This document shows, piece by piece, positions 1-13,208 of a stretch of DNA of 55,975 nt. The stretch spans positions 14,623,232 to 14,679,206 of the forward strand of contig JBOZIK010000001.1 of assembly GCA_051453625.1 (NCBI GenBank). Reading direction: 5' to 3'. This DNA is from Welwitschia mirabilis (taxonomy: Eukaryota). Under the pieces are notes generated by a model, which saw nothing but the letters and a program-made list of their open reading frames with translations, made no database searches and was not told the origin of the DNA. Position numbers and translations under genes: made by a program. Numbering within the stretch: position 1 is the first letter of the stretch; every line of letters begins with the position of its first letter.

Positions 1-923
1 GAAAATAGAAACTACTTAAGCTATCACGATGATCCATTATTTTTGTTCTATATTATGCATACACAATTTCACTTTTATGAGCCATCAAGTTTCACTTTAT
101 GATTTTTATATGTGTATTACATTCATTCTGTAGTGACATGTTTAAGTAGGAGGCTTAGGAAATTTTTTAGTACTTGTATTAATTACTTGTTGATGATATC
201 ATTTTCTATGAACTTAATTTACATTTTGTAGGCATTATTTTTATCTGAAACAAATTGGCTCACACTCTAATTGATCGCTTACTTTGTCAAGTACTGACAA
301 GGCTAAGTAGGGGGCTATGTTGCAATTCCAATTTGTAGAAATTTGATGGTGTATTTTGAGTACTTTTGTAGAACATTCATACAAGTTTTGATACAATACT
401 AATGGCTATGAAGATAGGATAATCAGTGAAACATGTGATATCTAGCGTTTTTGGCAATTTCTTAGGCCTAGTCTAATACTGCAAAATTGGAAGAAGGATT
501 GTACAATGCAAAGACTAATTTACCTTTGAGAAAAGAATAAAAGAAGACTGTCATCCCAATAGTCATCCCCATGACATCTAGGACAACTAGACTATTGATG
601 TGGACAAAATCCTGTGATGCCAACAATAGCACATGATGCACATGTTAAAAGGACATCATCTGCATAATCATTGAGATAACAAATAAGACAATGACATTGA
701 GACTATTCATAGGCAATCCATAGGGCTAACAGTAGTACATGGTACACTACCCAAGCCATTAAGGTGATATCATCCCTTTATTGTGTGGATGACATACTAG
801 ACGATAACTATTTTACACTGTAGAAATAAATTGTATTGTAAATGGTGTCATATGACCCATATGGGACATTAGAATTTCTGTTTCCTACCTTTAGAGTTTG
901 CCTCTAAATCCCCCTTTTGAAAT

Positions 924-932
924 CTATAAATA
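924..932 (+). promoter_or_regulatory. LTR TATA box (CTATAAATA)
   Basis: CTATAAATA followed by the pyrimidine-rich tract cccttctccttcttc, the usual LTR U3/R layout. Confidence 0.55.
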
Positions 933-1431
933 CCCTTCTCCTTCTTCATTTTCCTTTCATCTTTTGTACCTAATACTTGTGATAAAAGCTTAAAGGATAA
1001 GATGTCCATTCAATGCTGTAGAAAGGAGTCTCCTTGGTGTCAGGCTGTGTCCCTCTCATTGAGGTGCTGTTGTTCTGATGTTCTAAGTGGATGTTATTCT
1101 GACTTCATTGGATTAATATAATTTCTTCCTTTATCTCATTATTGTAAATCTACCTTATGATTTAATTTGATCTTAGTTAGTAACAAGCTTTGATTTATTT
1201 AGATCATAAGAATAACCTTTATTAAGATTGACCTTGTTTATTAGAATAGATTTGCATTGTTTATTTCTTTCTTTTCATATTGCATTTCAAATCTTACTTG
1301 AGTAGATCTCATAGTTTATATTAATTAAGAACTAGTCAATAATCTTCTTCTTTGATATAAGTTATAGAGAAGTAGTCTTTGTGATAGAAATACTGAGATC
1401 TAAGTAGGATCTATTTTCACTCTCATTTTTA

Positions 1432-1502
1432 TCCCATTTCCATTGCATTTCCATTCCATTTCCATTCACTTGCATTTCATTTCTATTTAAGCATTGCATT
1501 TA
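1432..1502 (+). repeat. Degenerate CATTT/CATTG/CATTC short tandem repeat inside the LTR
   Basis: cccatttccattgcatttccattccatttccattcacttgcatttcatttc...cattgcattt. Confidence 0.6.
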
Positions 1503-1708
1503 CTTGAGTTATTTTCTTTCAGTTTTTATAAAGATAAAAGAATTAAAATACATTAGCAAAATCAATTCTCTAACTCTAAGCCTAGTGCCCTCATTGAATT
1601 ACGACATTTGAGTGGACTCCCATCTATACTAGAGTGTGTTTTCTATAATTTATATGATCTATAGGTTATTTCCAGGGTTTCTAGATTGCATAAATTTATA
1701 CCACAACA

Positions 1709-4523
1709 CTGGCCATGATCTTAGTGGTGAAAACAAGTGTGAAAGATTCTAATAACCACTAAAACTTTCCCTTTGAAGATGATATTAAATGTGCCATGGT
1801 TAAAAAAGAATCAAAACTAAAAAGGAGTTGACAACTTATGAGGTAAAGTTAAGAATTAGAGGGATTTTTCTCACATCCATAATTAAAAGTAATTTATCCA
1901 TCACATATAAAAATATTACTAAACTCAAAAAAACAATATAAGAAAAGAGGATCAAGAAATAGTATAGTCAGAACAAAAGGGATCATGCTATCATCCATAA
2001 GATCAAATGATATATCCAAGTTATAATGCAATAAAAAAAAGAAATAAAAATTTTATGAAAAAGAGTTACAATCCTAATTAAAGGGGGGGAAATCTTAAAA
2101 ATTTAAGTGATCTAGCTAAACCATAAAGTATGATAATTAATAAAATTTTCTCAACCAGCTAAAGCCTACATGCATGAGAATGAAAATAAAAATAGCTTGT
2201 ATAAAATTTCTTAATATAAGTGAAGTAGAGTTTAATGTATGAGGTTGAAATTAATTACCAGATGGTGAAAATATTAAAGAAGTCAATTTTAGAGTCTGCT
2301 TCCAAATTTAGGTATTGATCATGTCCTTTCCAAGGGTGGTACCATTATCTTCTAAGTGAGTAAAAAGATAAAATGTAAATCACTTTGATGAGGCATCTAA
2401 GTTATTATTTAGTTTTAGTTTACCTCTACTATATATCCCATTAAAGGAAGAAAATATTCTAAGAAATCAGAAATACATCAAAGAAAATATGTCTAAAATT
2501 CTAAACATAATGCAACAAATAGGTCCTATGCTAAGAATGTATTATTATTTTATTTGATGTCTTATAATGTATATCATATTTTAACATAGGATTCAAAACA
2601 TAACATGAAATGAGTTTGAAGAAATATTAATCTAGCAACATGCATTCTTATACATCTATAAATAATCTCTCAATGAAGGTAATAGTTCTATAGTTTTTAC
2701 TTATCTAGTTTAACGAAGGAAAAATTAGATTTAATCATATCATTTATATTTTCTATTTAAATAAAGATCAATAATCTAAAGTAACACTATAGATAAAGAA
2801 TTCAACATGAATTCATTACCAATTAGACTTGTTGATCAAAAGGTTTAAACCCATGATGCCTTATTTCAATAGTAATTCAGGCTATTTATTCCATTACTAA
2901 AGTTATGTTTGTTTTCTTACAAATTGCTAGATATGGCCAAGAAGGTTGTGTCAATAGGTATAATTATGAGTAGGAATTTAAATTTTAGGCTTAATAATAA
3001 AAACTTAAAAGAAGTATTCCTTGCCCTTTCTATGAAAATAATTAGAAATAGTATAATACCATTAATAATCAAAAGAAAAAATATGACCACATTAAAAGAG
3101 GTAAAATAAGAGGTTATTGCATGGGCTTTTCAATATGTAAAGGATGAATTTAATATTAAAATACTTTTAGTAATTTTAATAATAGTCAATTTTTCATATC
3201 TAATACTATGTTTTCTTAGTCTATAGATTGTAAGGAATCACCACCAGAACAATTTTTATCACTTAATAAAGAATTCATTCTAAAAAATGCTCATGACAAC
3301 ATTGTAACTATTGAAAAAACACTTTTATATAATCAAACATGCTTGATTCATCATGCACAACTTGGAAATGATTCTTACATAGTTAAATTATAGCATACTA
3401 TAATTTCAAACACTATGTTATTTTTTAAGGCAAGTTTCATCACAACTCTTAGAGATGTTGGATTTAATGTCATTACATCTTAGTTAAGAAATTAAACCAT
3501 AGTAATTTAACCTCCTTGGTGACTTATACCCATTAATGTATTTAGTAAAATATTGATATAATACAAGATAGAAGTTTTGTAATACTTTTTAAACATCATT
3601 GATGTTCTCTAGTATAACCTTAACTAGCTTCTTTATCATTATTCTTTATAATTTAATATATTTTATTATCATTTATATTACTAGACTTTTTATCCTTTGC
3701 CTTTGTAATTTACTAATTTTTCATTTGTTATGATGGTTACAAATTATTATATTTTATTATCATAATAATATCATTTAAAGAATAATTAAAGAAAAAGGAT
3801 TTTCTCAACATTAAAAGAGAAACCTTTGTATGCACTATGGGAATAAGTGCATTTGATGCATACTTATATCTATAAGTATCAAAAATACATTATAAACTCT
3901 AGGTTCTTATATGTAAACATTTATAAGTTTTTTAAAATGTGTCATATATTAGATATCTTTAAATAATATCATGATTTTTTATAATTTTCTTAATAAATCA
4001 AAATACGCTAATAGAAAATAACATGTACATGCATAATTAAATGTGAGAATAAAATCCTTTAATTGCATTTACCTTTAATATAATTTATCACATATTTTCA
4101 ATCCTACAATCTTCTTTTAATTTTAAAAATATATTAAAGCTATGAAAAATCCCATTTTATAAATCATAATCTAGTTTTAAGTTTTGGATTAAATGTTATT
4201 GTTTCATGTATTTTCTCATAGAAAAACCACTAGTCATACTAACTTGTTTTAGATGTGAACATTTCTGCAACATGGCTATATTGTTTAATACAAATAAATG
4301 TCATTGAAGTCATTTTCAAGATGTTTTGGCTCTAATTTATTTTTCTTATCATCAAAAATAGCAATATGAAGATGGTACACATTTGAATGAATACTTAAGG
4401 AATAATCTTGTGATAGGTTTTCCATTTAAAATAAACAACTATTTTTAATAGAATAATTATTTTTTTATATCACTTATTTTTAGGCCTTCACAAGACATGA
4501 TTTGGTTTTTGCTATGCTATAGA
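1709..4523 (-). mobile_element. Highly degraded minus-strand Copia remnant (integrase C-terminus/RT start, plus an unassigned 3' region)
   Basis: Minus-strand translation fragments: LNGKPITR..SKC-like (~4380-4440, integrase tail), NPKLKT..KW and KIVGLK (~4090-4200, RT start) and VYI*EP (~3900-3925). The 1709-3800 part is not assignable. Confidence 0.4.
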
Positions 4524-5929
4524 TGTTGGTAAAATCTCAGTTTTTAGGATTCCACTTGTCAAATATGATGTATCTAATATTGGAGAACACAAGGGTTGTA
4601 AATAGAAATTAAGATAGCTAGACCTATAAGCTTAAAGTTCACAAATTATTTAGCTCAAAGTTCATGAAGGATAAACAAAATTAACTAAAGATATCTGCAC
4701 ATCTAAAGTCATCTATGATAAAGACATCTACTATATTAAAGATGTCTAAGCTAAATCTGAAGCTGACATAAGTGAAATACATCTATGTTAATAGATAAAT
4801 TCTATACTAAATCAAGGAGTTAATACAAGTAAAAAACATCTATCAAATTGAAGACATCTATACTACTTTAATTATATTGAAAGATGTCTATTAAATTGAA
4901 GACATATATGCTTAACTAAATGAGGTAACATAGGTCAACTATGTCATGATGAATTATTTACATTCCAAGGGATTAAAAAAGTTTTACATGAGGGATTTTA
5001 ATGCCTAAGGATCAAAGATATAGTATTCTAAGTCTTATAGAAATCTAGGCAATGTGACCAAAGACATCTTTCATGATTAAGATGTCTTCATAACAAAGAT
5101 GTCTACCACAATAAAGATGTTTATCCCAAAAAATTAAAGAAAAAATAAAATAGTTATTAAACAACTAAATCTTAGTTATTTATAGTAATAACACAACATT
5201 AGAATGATTTCAAATGTCTATCTCACGAGGGTAAAGGCTAAGAAGACCTCTTAAGCGTAAAAGACAAAATGTGTAAAGAGGAAAGGGTTACTCATTTAAG
5301 TAATTAGAACTACACATAAAAAATTTTTATGTTCTTAATGAAGAGAATCATTTAATAAAGAATATACTTGATCTTTGGCTCTTCCACTACTACATAACTT
5401 TGACTATGAATATCTATGGAGGACTACATCTAGAAAAATGCAAGCTTTTATTAAAGTAACATATTTTAAGCTTGTTCTTCTTTAATTGTATTTCTGATGT
5501 ACACTTTATTTTAGAACTATCAGATTATTGAATTCATTCTTTATATTCCGTAAATTATATTTACCTTCTTTACTAGGATGCCTTACTTGGGAATTCCAAG
5601 TATAAAGTAAACCTTATATAAGTGTGCTTCTTTGGGTTTTGAAAGTACAACTTATACTTTATCTATTATAATCCTTTAGGAGAAGAGAGTAATATCTTTA
5701 AGGATTATCTTAGTTGTATGTAATATTGATGATACTCCCAAACCACTATTTTGCAAGTTAAGGATATCTAGAGCTATGAAGACAAGCTATGTTCTATGTG
5801 TGGATGTACCAAGTTATGAAACCACATTAAACAAATAAGGTTTATATTGTGAATTTGTTTTATTTTTAGTTGAGTATTTTTATTTGGTAAAATGCATTCA
5901 TCACTTTTTTTTTATTTTAATAATCCTCA
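4524..5929 (+). repeat. 5' LTR of a SIRE/Sirevirus-like Copia element
   Basis: Starts TGTTGG at 4524 and ends CA at 5929, just before the PBS. It has a decayed ATTCACCCCC-type motif near the 3' end (cattcatcac, ~5895) and an internal array of AGACATCT/AGATGTCT motifs. Confidence 0.7.
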
Positions 5930-5931
5930 AG

Positions 5932-5943
5932 TAGTATCAAAGT
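5932..5943 (+). promoter_or_regulatory. Primer-binding site (tRNA-iMet type), decayed
   Basis: TAGTATCAAAGT versus consensus TGGTATCAGAGC; all differences are G>A or C>T. It lies 2 nt after the LTR end and ~50 nt before gag. Confidence 0.75.
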
Positions 5944-5990
5944 AAGTACTCATGAAAAGAAGTAACATTCTTAAGCAAACTATGTAAGGG

Positions 5991-7135
5991 ATGCCATCTA
6001 TCAGACCTCCACTATTTTATGAGACATACAGTCCCTATTGGAAGATGAGGATGTAGGTGTAATTACACTCTTTTGAGCTTTAGAGTTGATAAAGCATTAG
6101 ATATGGATACTCAAAACCTATAGAAATCATTATACACATTATAGAAAACTCCATTACTCAAATCAAACTTAGAAGGGACTGGGAAGACAAAGAAAAGGCA
6201 GCCTTTACATACAACTTAAGGACAAAGAACTCTCTTTACTTAGCCCTTATAATGAAGAAATTCAATCAAATAACTAGGTGCAAAATAGCACAAGAGATAT
6301 GGAATGTTCTAATGAAAACATATGAAGGAACCTATGTTATCAAGTAATTAAAGCTCCTTATGTAGAGTAATATTTTTGAAAACTCAAATATAACAAGAGA
6401 GAATACATGAGTACTTTTAAAGAATCTCAAATATTATGAATGCCATATGTGGCATTGATTAAAATCTTCTAAAGGCCAAGGTAAGTCAAAAGATAGTAAA
6501 ATCCTTAACTTTATAATAAATGCTAAAAACAACTACAAAAAAGAAACTAAGGAACTTCAATACAATGAAGATTGAGGAATTATAAAGTCCATTAACAACT
6601 TCTTAGATGAATATCATTNNNNNNNNNNNNNNNNNNNNNNNNNNNNNNNNNNNNNNNNNNNNNNNNNNNNNNNNNNNNNNNNNNNNNNNNNNNNNNNNNN
6701 NNNNNNNNNNNNNNNNNNNNNNNNNNNNNNNNNNNNNNNNNNNNNNNNNNNNNNNNNNNNNNNNNNNNNNNNNNNNNNNNNNNNNNNNNNNNNNNNNNNN
6801 NNNNNNNNNNNNNNNNNNNNNNNNNNNNNNNNNNNNNNNNNNNNNNNNNNNNNNNNNNNNNNNNNNNNNTCTTTTTTTTCTAATAATGATATTTTTAAAC
6901 TAGGATATTAGGTTTGTAAAGGACATGGATGCATATCTTAGAATGTATTAGCTTTAATAGATTATAGGAACAAGCATAAAAGAGCCATCCCAAGAGGAAG
7001 AAATCCTTCTTCATAGGTTAGGATGATGATAAGCATGTAACTAAAGATAAGAACTCAAATGACAAAATATCTTATCCATCCTACATGGCCATTGTGCATA
7101 TTCTAAATTACAATGAAGAAGGAAAGGAAGAATTA
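5991..7135 (+). pseudogene. gag: Copia gag pseudogene (N-terminal part, interrupted by gaps)
   Basis: MPSIRPPLFYETYSPYWKMRM (RPPLFDGxNYxYWKxRM motif) and FNQITRCKIAQEIWNVLMKTYEGT (CKTAKEIWxxLxxTxEGT motif), with multiple stops. Confidence 0.85.
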
Positions 7136-7584
7136 NNNNNNNNNNNNNNNNNNNNNNNNNNNNNNNNNNNNNNNNNNNNNNNNNNNNNNNNNNNNNNNNN
7201 NNNNNNNNNNNNNNNNNNNNNNNNNNNNNNNNNNNNNNNNNNNNNNNNNNNNNNNNNNNNNNNNNNNNNNNNNNNNNNNNNNNNNNNNNNNNNNNNNNNN
7301 NNNNNNNNNNNNNNNNNNNNNNNNNNNNNNNNNNNNNNNNNNNNNNNNNNNNNNNNNNNNNNNNNNNNNNNNNNNNNNNNNNNNNNNNNNNNNNNNNNNN
7401 NNNNNNNNNNNNNNNNNNNNNNNNNNNNNNNNNNNNNNNNNNNNNNNNNNNNNNNNNNNNNNNNNNNNNNNNNNNNNNNNNNNNNNNNNNNNNNNNNNNN
7501 NNNNNNNNNNNNNNNNNNNNNNNNNNNNNNNNNNNNNNNNNNNNNNNNNNNNNNNNNNNNNNNNNNNNNNNNNNNNNNNNNNNN

Positions 7585-7810
7585 TAAGTTCAAACATGAT
7601 AGAACGTTACTTTACAAAAAGTTTGAGTTTGGTCAACTTATCTGTTTATACAATACTAGAGTACATCTTTTGAATGACAAGTTAACCTCTAAATGGCTAG
7701 ATCCTTATCTTATAGAGAGTGCATTCTAATGGGTCTATTGAGATTTCTGACTTAGAGACTAGGGAGATTTAGAAAATTAATGGATAAAATTTGAAACTTT
7801 ATGAAAGACC
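7585..7810 (+). pseudogene. pol: Gypsy (Athila-like) integrase C-terminal fragment
   Basis: KFKHDRTLLYKKFEFGQLICLYNTRVHLLNDKLTSKWLDPY..GSIEI..KING matches the Athila tail HDxxIxxKxFxxGQxVLLYNSRLxLFPGKLxSxWxGP..VNG. Confidence 0.8.
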
Positions 7811-8406
7811 TTCTGATGAAATCTTAAACATGGTATAAGTACTTATTTTTGAGGTTTCCCTTAATGAGGAGTATTTCCATCCTATCATTATCTGAATTCT
7901 TTCTTAGCTTATTCCTTTAGTATATGTTATGATATCACTTGATCATCTTTTAAACTTGACTTACATGTTGCTTTATGAAGTTGTCAGGACTAGTATGCAT
8001 ACTTAGGCATTTTATATTGATAAGATTGAATGCACCTAATTTTGAGAAATTCCTATATTTATGAACTTCACTTTAAAGGAAGATACCTTAGTTCTTGTGC
8101 TTTTTTTTCAATGGTGTGAGGTCTTTAGTTATTTAAAAGTATTCTTTTCTACCCTTCATCTCATTTATTTACCTTCATCTTTTTAAGTATGAGATCATAT
8201 GGGAATTATGAAATAAAAAACATATAACAAAATAAACTCCTAATCAAAACCAAAATAATGCACAAGACAAGATTTATAGTGGTTTGTGATAGATCCTACT
8301 TCACTCTCAGAAGACAGCCAATAACTTAAACTTTTCTGGATCTCTATTACTTTATATCCACTAGGTTTTTAAGGCTGTTTTTTAGCCTTTACAAAGTGAA
8401 CATTTG

Positions 8407-8540
8407 TAGGCTAAGTTTCAACCTTCATAAAATGGACTTTTTTAGGCTAAGTCTCAACCTTTATAAAATAGAATTTTATGGCTAAGTCTTAATCTTCATA
8501 AAATGGAACTTTCTAGGCTAAGTCTTAACCTTTATAAATT
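8407..8540. repeat. ~36-bp tandem repeat in the LTR (4 units), also at ~15215-15585
   Basis: Unit taggctaagt(c/t)t(c/t)aacctt(c/t)ataaaatggacttttt, starting at ~8407, 8443, 8479 and 8514. Confidence 0.8.
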
Positions 8541-8930
8541 ATTCAAGGGTGAGTAATGGTATTAATACTTTATGTTTTAAGTTAGTTAAATGTAAGTACC
8601 AATAATAAAGCCTTATTACTCAAATTTAGTACAAATGTAGGTACTGAGAGAGAGAATAATGATGTCACAAAGTTAAGAATTTTAGATCAAAAGAATAGCC
8701 TAATTTTTCAATCATTTTAATCTCTTGTTGAGTTTTAAGTATATCCTATTTAAATAGATCTAAAAAAAATATAGCTATTAGGTAGTTTAAAAGGAATCTA
8801 ACATTTACAATAGGTGGATTAGATGAGATAATGATTAGAAAATGGTTTCAAATTTGGTCATGTGCATAAGTTCAATTAACCCTACAAATCATTTAGTGGA
8901 CCCCATTCTAAGACTACATATAGTATAATT

Positions 8931-8995
8931 AACCCCATCTACATTTGGTCAGCCCCATCTACATATAGTTAACCCCATTTACATCTGGTCAACCT
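8931..8995. repeat. 20-bp tandem repeat in the LTR (accccatctacat..ggtc), also at ~15975-16042 and ~17015-17082
   Basis: aaccccatctacatttggtc / agccccatctacatatagtt / aaccccatttacatctggtc. Confidence 0.75.
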
Positions 8996-9842
8996 AATTT
9001 AAAGTAGCCCAAATTAAATACTTCTATCTCTGATTGACACAATGATGATCTGGCAAACTCGTAGTTTGAGTTCTTTGATAGACAATGAAGCAACTATGAT
9101 TAAAACATGTTTAAGTCTTAAATATTTTTTGGTTATGAATCCTTTAGCTCTTTCCATCTGTAAAATTACATTCCATTCTATAAAGATCATATTAGTTTGA
9201 CATTAATTGATTATATAAAATCCTAATCTCCCCCTTAACATTGATGGAAAATAAATATGTGATCTGAAGAACAACAAATATTTCATTTTTAATCTCTTTC
9301 TTTCATTAATCTAATAAATCATATTGACATAATAACAGCTCCTCCTTTCACAAATCCATATAAATAATATCAAGTAAATGGTACATTTTATTTAAGGGAA
9401 AAACATTCTTCTAAAATAAANNNNNNNNNNNNNNNNNNNNNNNNNNNNNNNNNNNNNNNNNNNNNNNNNNNNNNNNNNNNNNNNNNNNNNNNNNNNNNNN
9501 NNNNNNNNNNNNNNNNNNNNAATCATTTAGTGGACCCCATTCTAAGACTACATATAGTCTAATTAACCCCATCTACATTTGGTCAGTCCAATCTACATCT
9601 AATCAACCTAATTTAAAGTAGCCCAAATTGAATACCTCCATTTCTAGTTGATACAACGATGATCTGGCAGACTCGTAGTTTGAGTTCTTTAATAGACAAT
9701 GAAGTAACTATTATTAAAACATGTTTAATTCTTAAATATTTTTTGATTATGAATCCTTTAGATCTCTCCATCTATAAAATTACATTCCATTCTACAAAGA
9801 TCATATTAGTTTGACATTACTTAATTATATAAATTCCCAACA

Positions 9843-9854
9843 ATCTCCCCCTTA
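9843..9854 (-). promoter_or_regulatory. Polypurine tract
   Basis: The reverse complement reads TAAGGGGGAGAT directly before TGTTG; another copy lies at ~9226-9237. Confidence 0.8.
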
Positions 9855-11699
9855 ACATTGATGGCAAATAAATATGTGATCTAAAGAACAAAAAAATATT
9901 TTATTTTTAATCTCTTCCTTTTATTAATCTAATAAATCATATTGACATAATAAAAGCTCATCCTTTTACAAAGCCATATAAATAATATCAAGTAAATGGT
10001 GCATTTCCTTTAAGAGGAAAACATTATCCTAAAATAAAATCATTTTGAGTTCTATTAAATTTTAACTATAGCAATTTCATGCACACATCAATAAAACCAT
10101 ACACATTAATACATTTAAAAGAAAAACATCATATGTCTAAACTAAAAAAGGTTCACCACATCTTTTAGAAAATACCATATTTTCTCCTCCTGGCTTTATG
10201 CCATAGATATGTATGAAATTTGATAATCATAACAGACTTTCCAAAGTAAACATGGAAATGAGATGATGATTTTTAACTTATTATTTTTAAAAGAAGACTG
10301 ATTGATGCTATGTTGAAAACAATAATATTTAATTACAAAGTGAAACATTAAAATATTCAAAATTTATAGACAAAGCTTCACAAAAATAATTAGAGTATTT
10401 ATGAGCTTTTTTAGCTAATTACAGTAGCATTAATGATCATATAGTAATGAGGTTTACATAAAAAACAAGGTAAATATCATAATGATGCTTCCAAGAAGAA
10501 CATCATATTAGAAAGAGTATTGTAGCTTATATCATGGTAAAGTATTATAGCAAATAAAAATATTATAATAATTGATAGTCTAGAAAAAATAATATAAATT
10601 TACAAAAACTTGAAATTAGTAAATACAATTATATTACCAATAAGAACCATTACTAATGTTGAAATTTGCTTAGATCACAAAGATTCTAAATTCTTTATGT
10701 TTACCCACATGGTCTTTCTTGACTTTTTGGTAAAGGCTTATTTGGAANNNNNNNNNNNNNNNNNNNNNNNNNNNNNNNNNNNNNNNNNNNNNNNNNNNNN
10801 NNNNNNNNNNNNNNNNNNNNNNNNNNNNNNNNNNNNNNNNNNNNNNNGTGATCTAAAAACCAAAAAAATATTTCATTTTTAATCTCTTCCTTTAATTAAT
10901 CTACCAAATAATATTGACATAATAAAAGGTCCCCCTTTCACAAAGCCATATAAACAATATTAATTAAATGGTACATTTCCTTTAAGAGGAAAACATTCTC
11001 CTAAAACAAAATCATTTTGAGTTCTAGTAAATTTTAACTATAGCAATTTCATAAACACATCAATAAAACCATATACATCAATACATTTAAAAGAAAAAAA
11101 TCATATGTCTAAACCAAGAAAGTTCCACCACATTGTTTAGAAAATACCATATTTTCTCCCCCTGACTTTATGCCATAAATATGTATGAAAATTGATAATC
11201 ATAATAGACTTTTCAAAGTAAACATGTAAATGAGATGATGATTTTTAATTTATTATTTTCAAAAAAATACTGATTGATTCGATGTTAACAATAATAAGAT
11301 TTAATTACAAAGTGAAAAATCAAAATATTCAAAATTTATACATAAAGCTTCACAATAATTTACCATTAAGATGAAAATTCAACATAACAATTATAATTAG
11401 AGTATTTATGGCCTTCTTTAGCTAATCACAATAATATTAATGATCATAAAGTAATAAGTTTCACATAAAAAACAAGGTAAATATCATAATGATGCTTCCA
11501 AGAAGCACATCATATTAGAAATAATATTATAGCTTGTATCATAGTAAAGTATTATAGCATATAAAAATATTATAATAATTGATAGTCTAGAAAAAATAAT
11601 TTAGTAAATGATAATTGATTAAATTTACAACAACTTTAAATTAGGAAATACAATTATATTACCAATAAGAACCATTGCTAATGTTGAAATATGCTTAGA

Positions 11700-13140
11700 A
11701 CATAAAGATTATAAATTCTTTGTGTTTATCCATATGGTCTTTCTTGACTTTTTAGTAGAGGCTTGCTTGGAAATAAATTTAAATGATAAATCATTAAGTA
11801 GAATACATGTTTTTCTATATGAAAAATTAAATTTTAAATAACCAAGTTTTTAACAATAATAGCAAGTGATATTTTTGGTAGAAAATGTTATACATTTAAT
11901 ACTCACATCACTAGATGATGCTAATGCATTGTTGCGTTCAAGTCCAATCTTGCGTTTATAATGTGTAAGCTATCTCAATCCAAGAATCTTCTTAATTTTA
12001 TTTAATTGTTCTATGAATCTACTTAAGACTTGTGAGAAACTAGTTGAAATCTTTGATGATTTTATTTAGTTCATCAAATTTTATAATAGGCCTTTCACAT
12101 TCTTGATATAATTCATGACATGTATCTTCAATCTCATCCTTTTATTCATCTTCACTCATGTTTAAGTCATTATGGTTAGTGAATTTTAGTGACTAAGTAG
12201 TGGGGTTATAAGTACCATGAAAGATAATGTTCTACTTACTTCAAATTCTTCATCTAAGTTTTCTTCTTCATCTTCTTTAAGGTTATTCCAAGTGGCTACT
12301 TGTGAGGGCTTCTTTAGGCTTTTTAGTTTTTTGTTATAGGTATAATTGTCTTACATATACCTAAAACCTTTGTTAATTTATCCATTTCTTTTATTTGATA
12401 TAAATGTTTCAAATTTTCTTGTTAAAATATCTACTTGAGCTAATTCATTCTTTGATTTGCCAATTTTGTATCTTCTTGCATACTTTTTGTAAATATTTTA
12501 TTTTTTTCCTTAGAAAATTTTAACTCATAAGTTTAAAGGATATCTTGTAGTTAGTCTAATGGCATCTTACTAATTAATTTCTTTAATTGTAGTCACCTTT
12601 GATTTAAATCTCTTTAGAAGGGATCTTATTTCCCCATCTTTTTTTTTAAGACTTGCCATGGAGTTTATAATGTTTATTATTCTAGCAAAGAATTCTTAAA
12701 CAGTCCCTTCCTTATCCATTTTAGTATCTTCAAATTTTTGTAATTAACATCTACATATTTAATTACTTAATAGTGGATGTCTCTTTATGAGTAATAGCAA
12801 GAATATCCCATACTTCTTTGGTAATCTCATAGTTCACTATTCTCTTGAATACGTCTATAGGTATAGCATAAAAAATTAAATTCAAAGCACAAGCATTAAT
12901 AGTATCATTAACTTTATCTAATGAAGTCCATTTATCTTTTCATTTTAATACAATTGTAATATTACCTTCTTCATTCTTTTAAGTTTTGATAGAGTGACTA
13001 TAACCTTTCATCAATATATCTTCATAATCTACATCAAGAGATATTATGAATATTCTCATTCTAGCCTTTTAATATTTGTAGTTTATTCCATCAAACAATA
13101 GTGGCTTAGAAATAGAAAAACCTTCTATAATAAATCTCAT
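11700..13140 (-). pseudogene. gag: Copia gag pseudogene (diverged partial copies at 13535-14610 and 14828-14903)
   Basis: From the ATG at 13140: MRFIIEGFSISKPLLFDGINYKY*KARMRIFI. A C-terminal knuckle remnant ITCYYC*KLGY lies at ~11840-11875 and a KKTIWI motif at ~11735. Confidence 0.85.
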
Positions 13141-13196
13141 AACTAGGGTTATTAAGTCAAAGATCCACTAAAATCATAGTGATCTGTCAACTTAGG

Positions 13197-13208
13197 GCTC
13201 TAGTACCA
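13197..13208 (-). promoter_or_regulatory. Primer-binding site (tRNA-iMet type); further copies at ~14657-14668 and 14960-14971
   Basis: The reverse complement TGGTACTAGAGC sits 2 nt from the LTR end ...CTTTCA, with the motif CCTATTCACCTCCCTC just inside the LTR. Confidence 0.8.

Larger units (their letters stand above)
1..1708 (+). mobile_element. 3' end of a Gypsy-type LTR retrotransposon (3' UTR, PPT, 3' LTR)
   Basis: A purine tract AAGTAGGGGG (305-314) lies just before TGTTG at 318, and the segment closes with CAACA at 1704-1708 (5-bp terminal inverted repeat). There is no coding remnant; the superfamily is inferred from PPT context only. Confidence 0.65.
318..1708 (+). repeat. LTR (~1.39 kb), TGTTG...CAACA
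   Basis: Canonical TG..CA termini with inverted repeat, an internal TATA box followed by a CT-rich stretch, and an upstream PPT. Confidence 0.7.
8190..9225 (-). repeat. 3' LTR of the gag-only element (outer ~70 bp missing); second diverged copy of its inner end at 9521-9842
   Basis: Aligns by eye with the 5' LTR (gatttatagtggttt..cctac..cactc, the 36-bp array, the 20-bp array). The copy at 9838-9842 ends CAACA next to the PPT. Confidence 0.75.

Noticed and set aside
6607..7729. Long ORFs in the track made mostly of X
   Set aside because: They only bridge N gaps; just the flanking residues are real.
8407..8540. 36-bp periodic repeats resembling a CRISPR array
   Set aside because: The units are contiguous with no unique spacers, there are no cas genes, and they lie inside a plant LTR.
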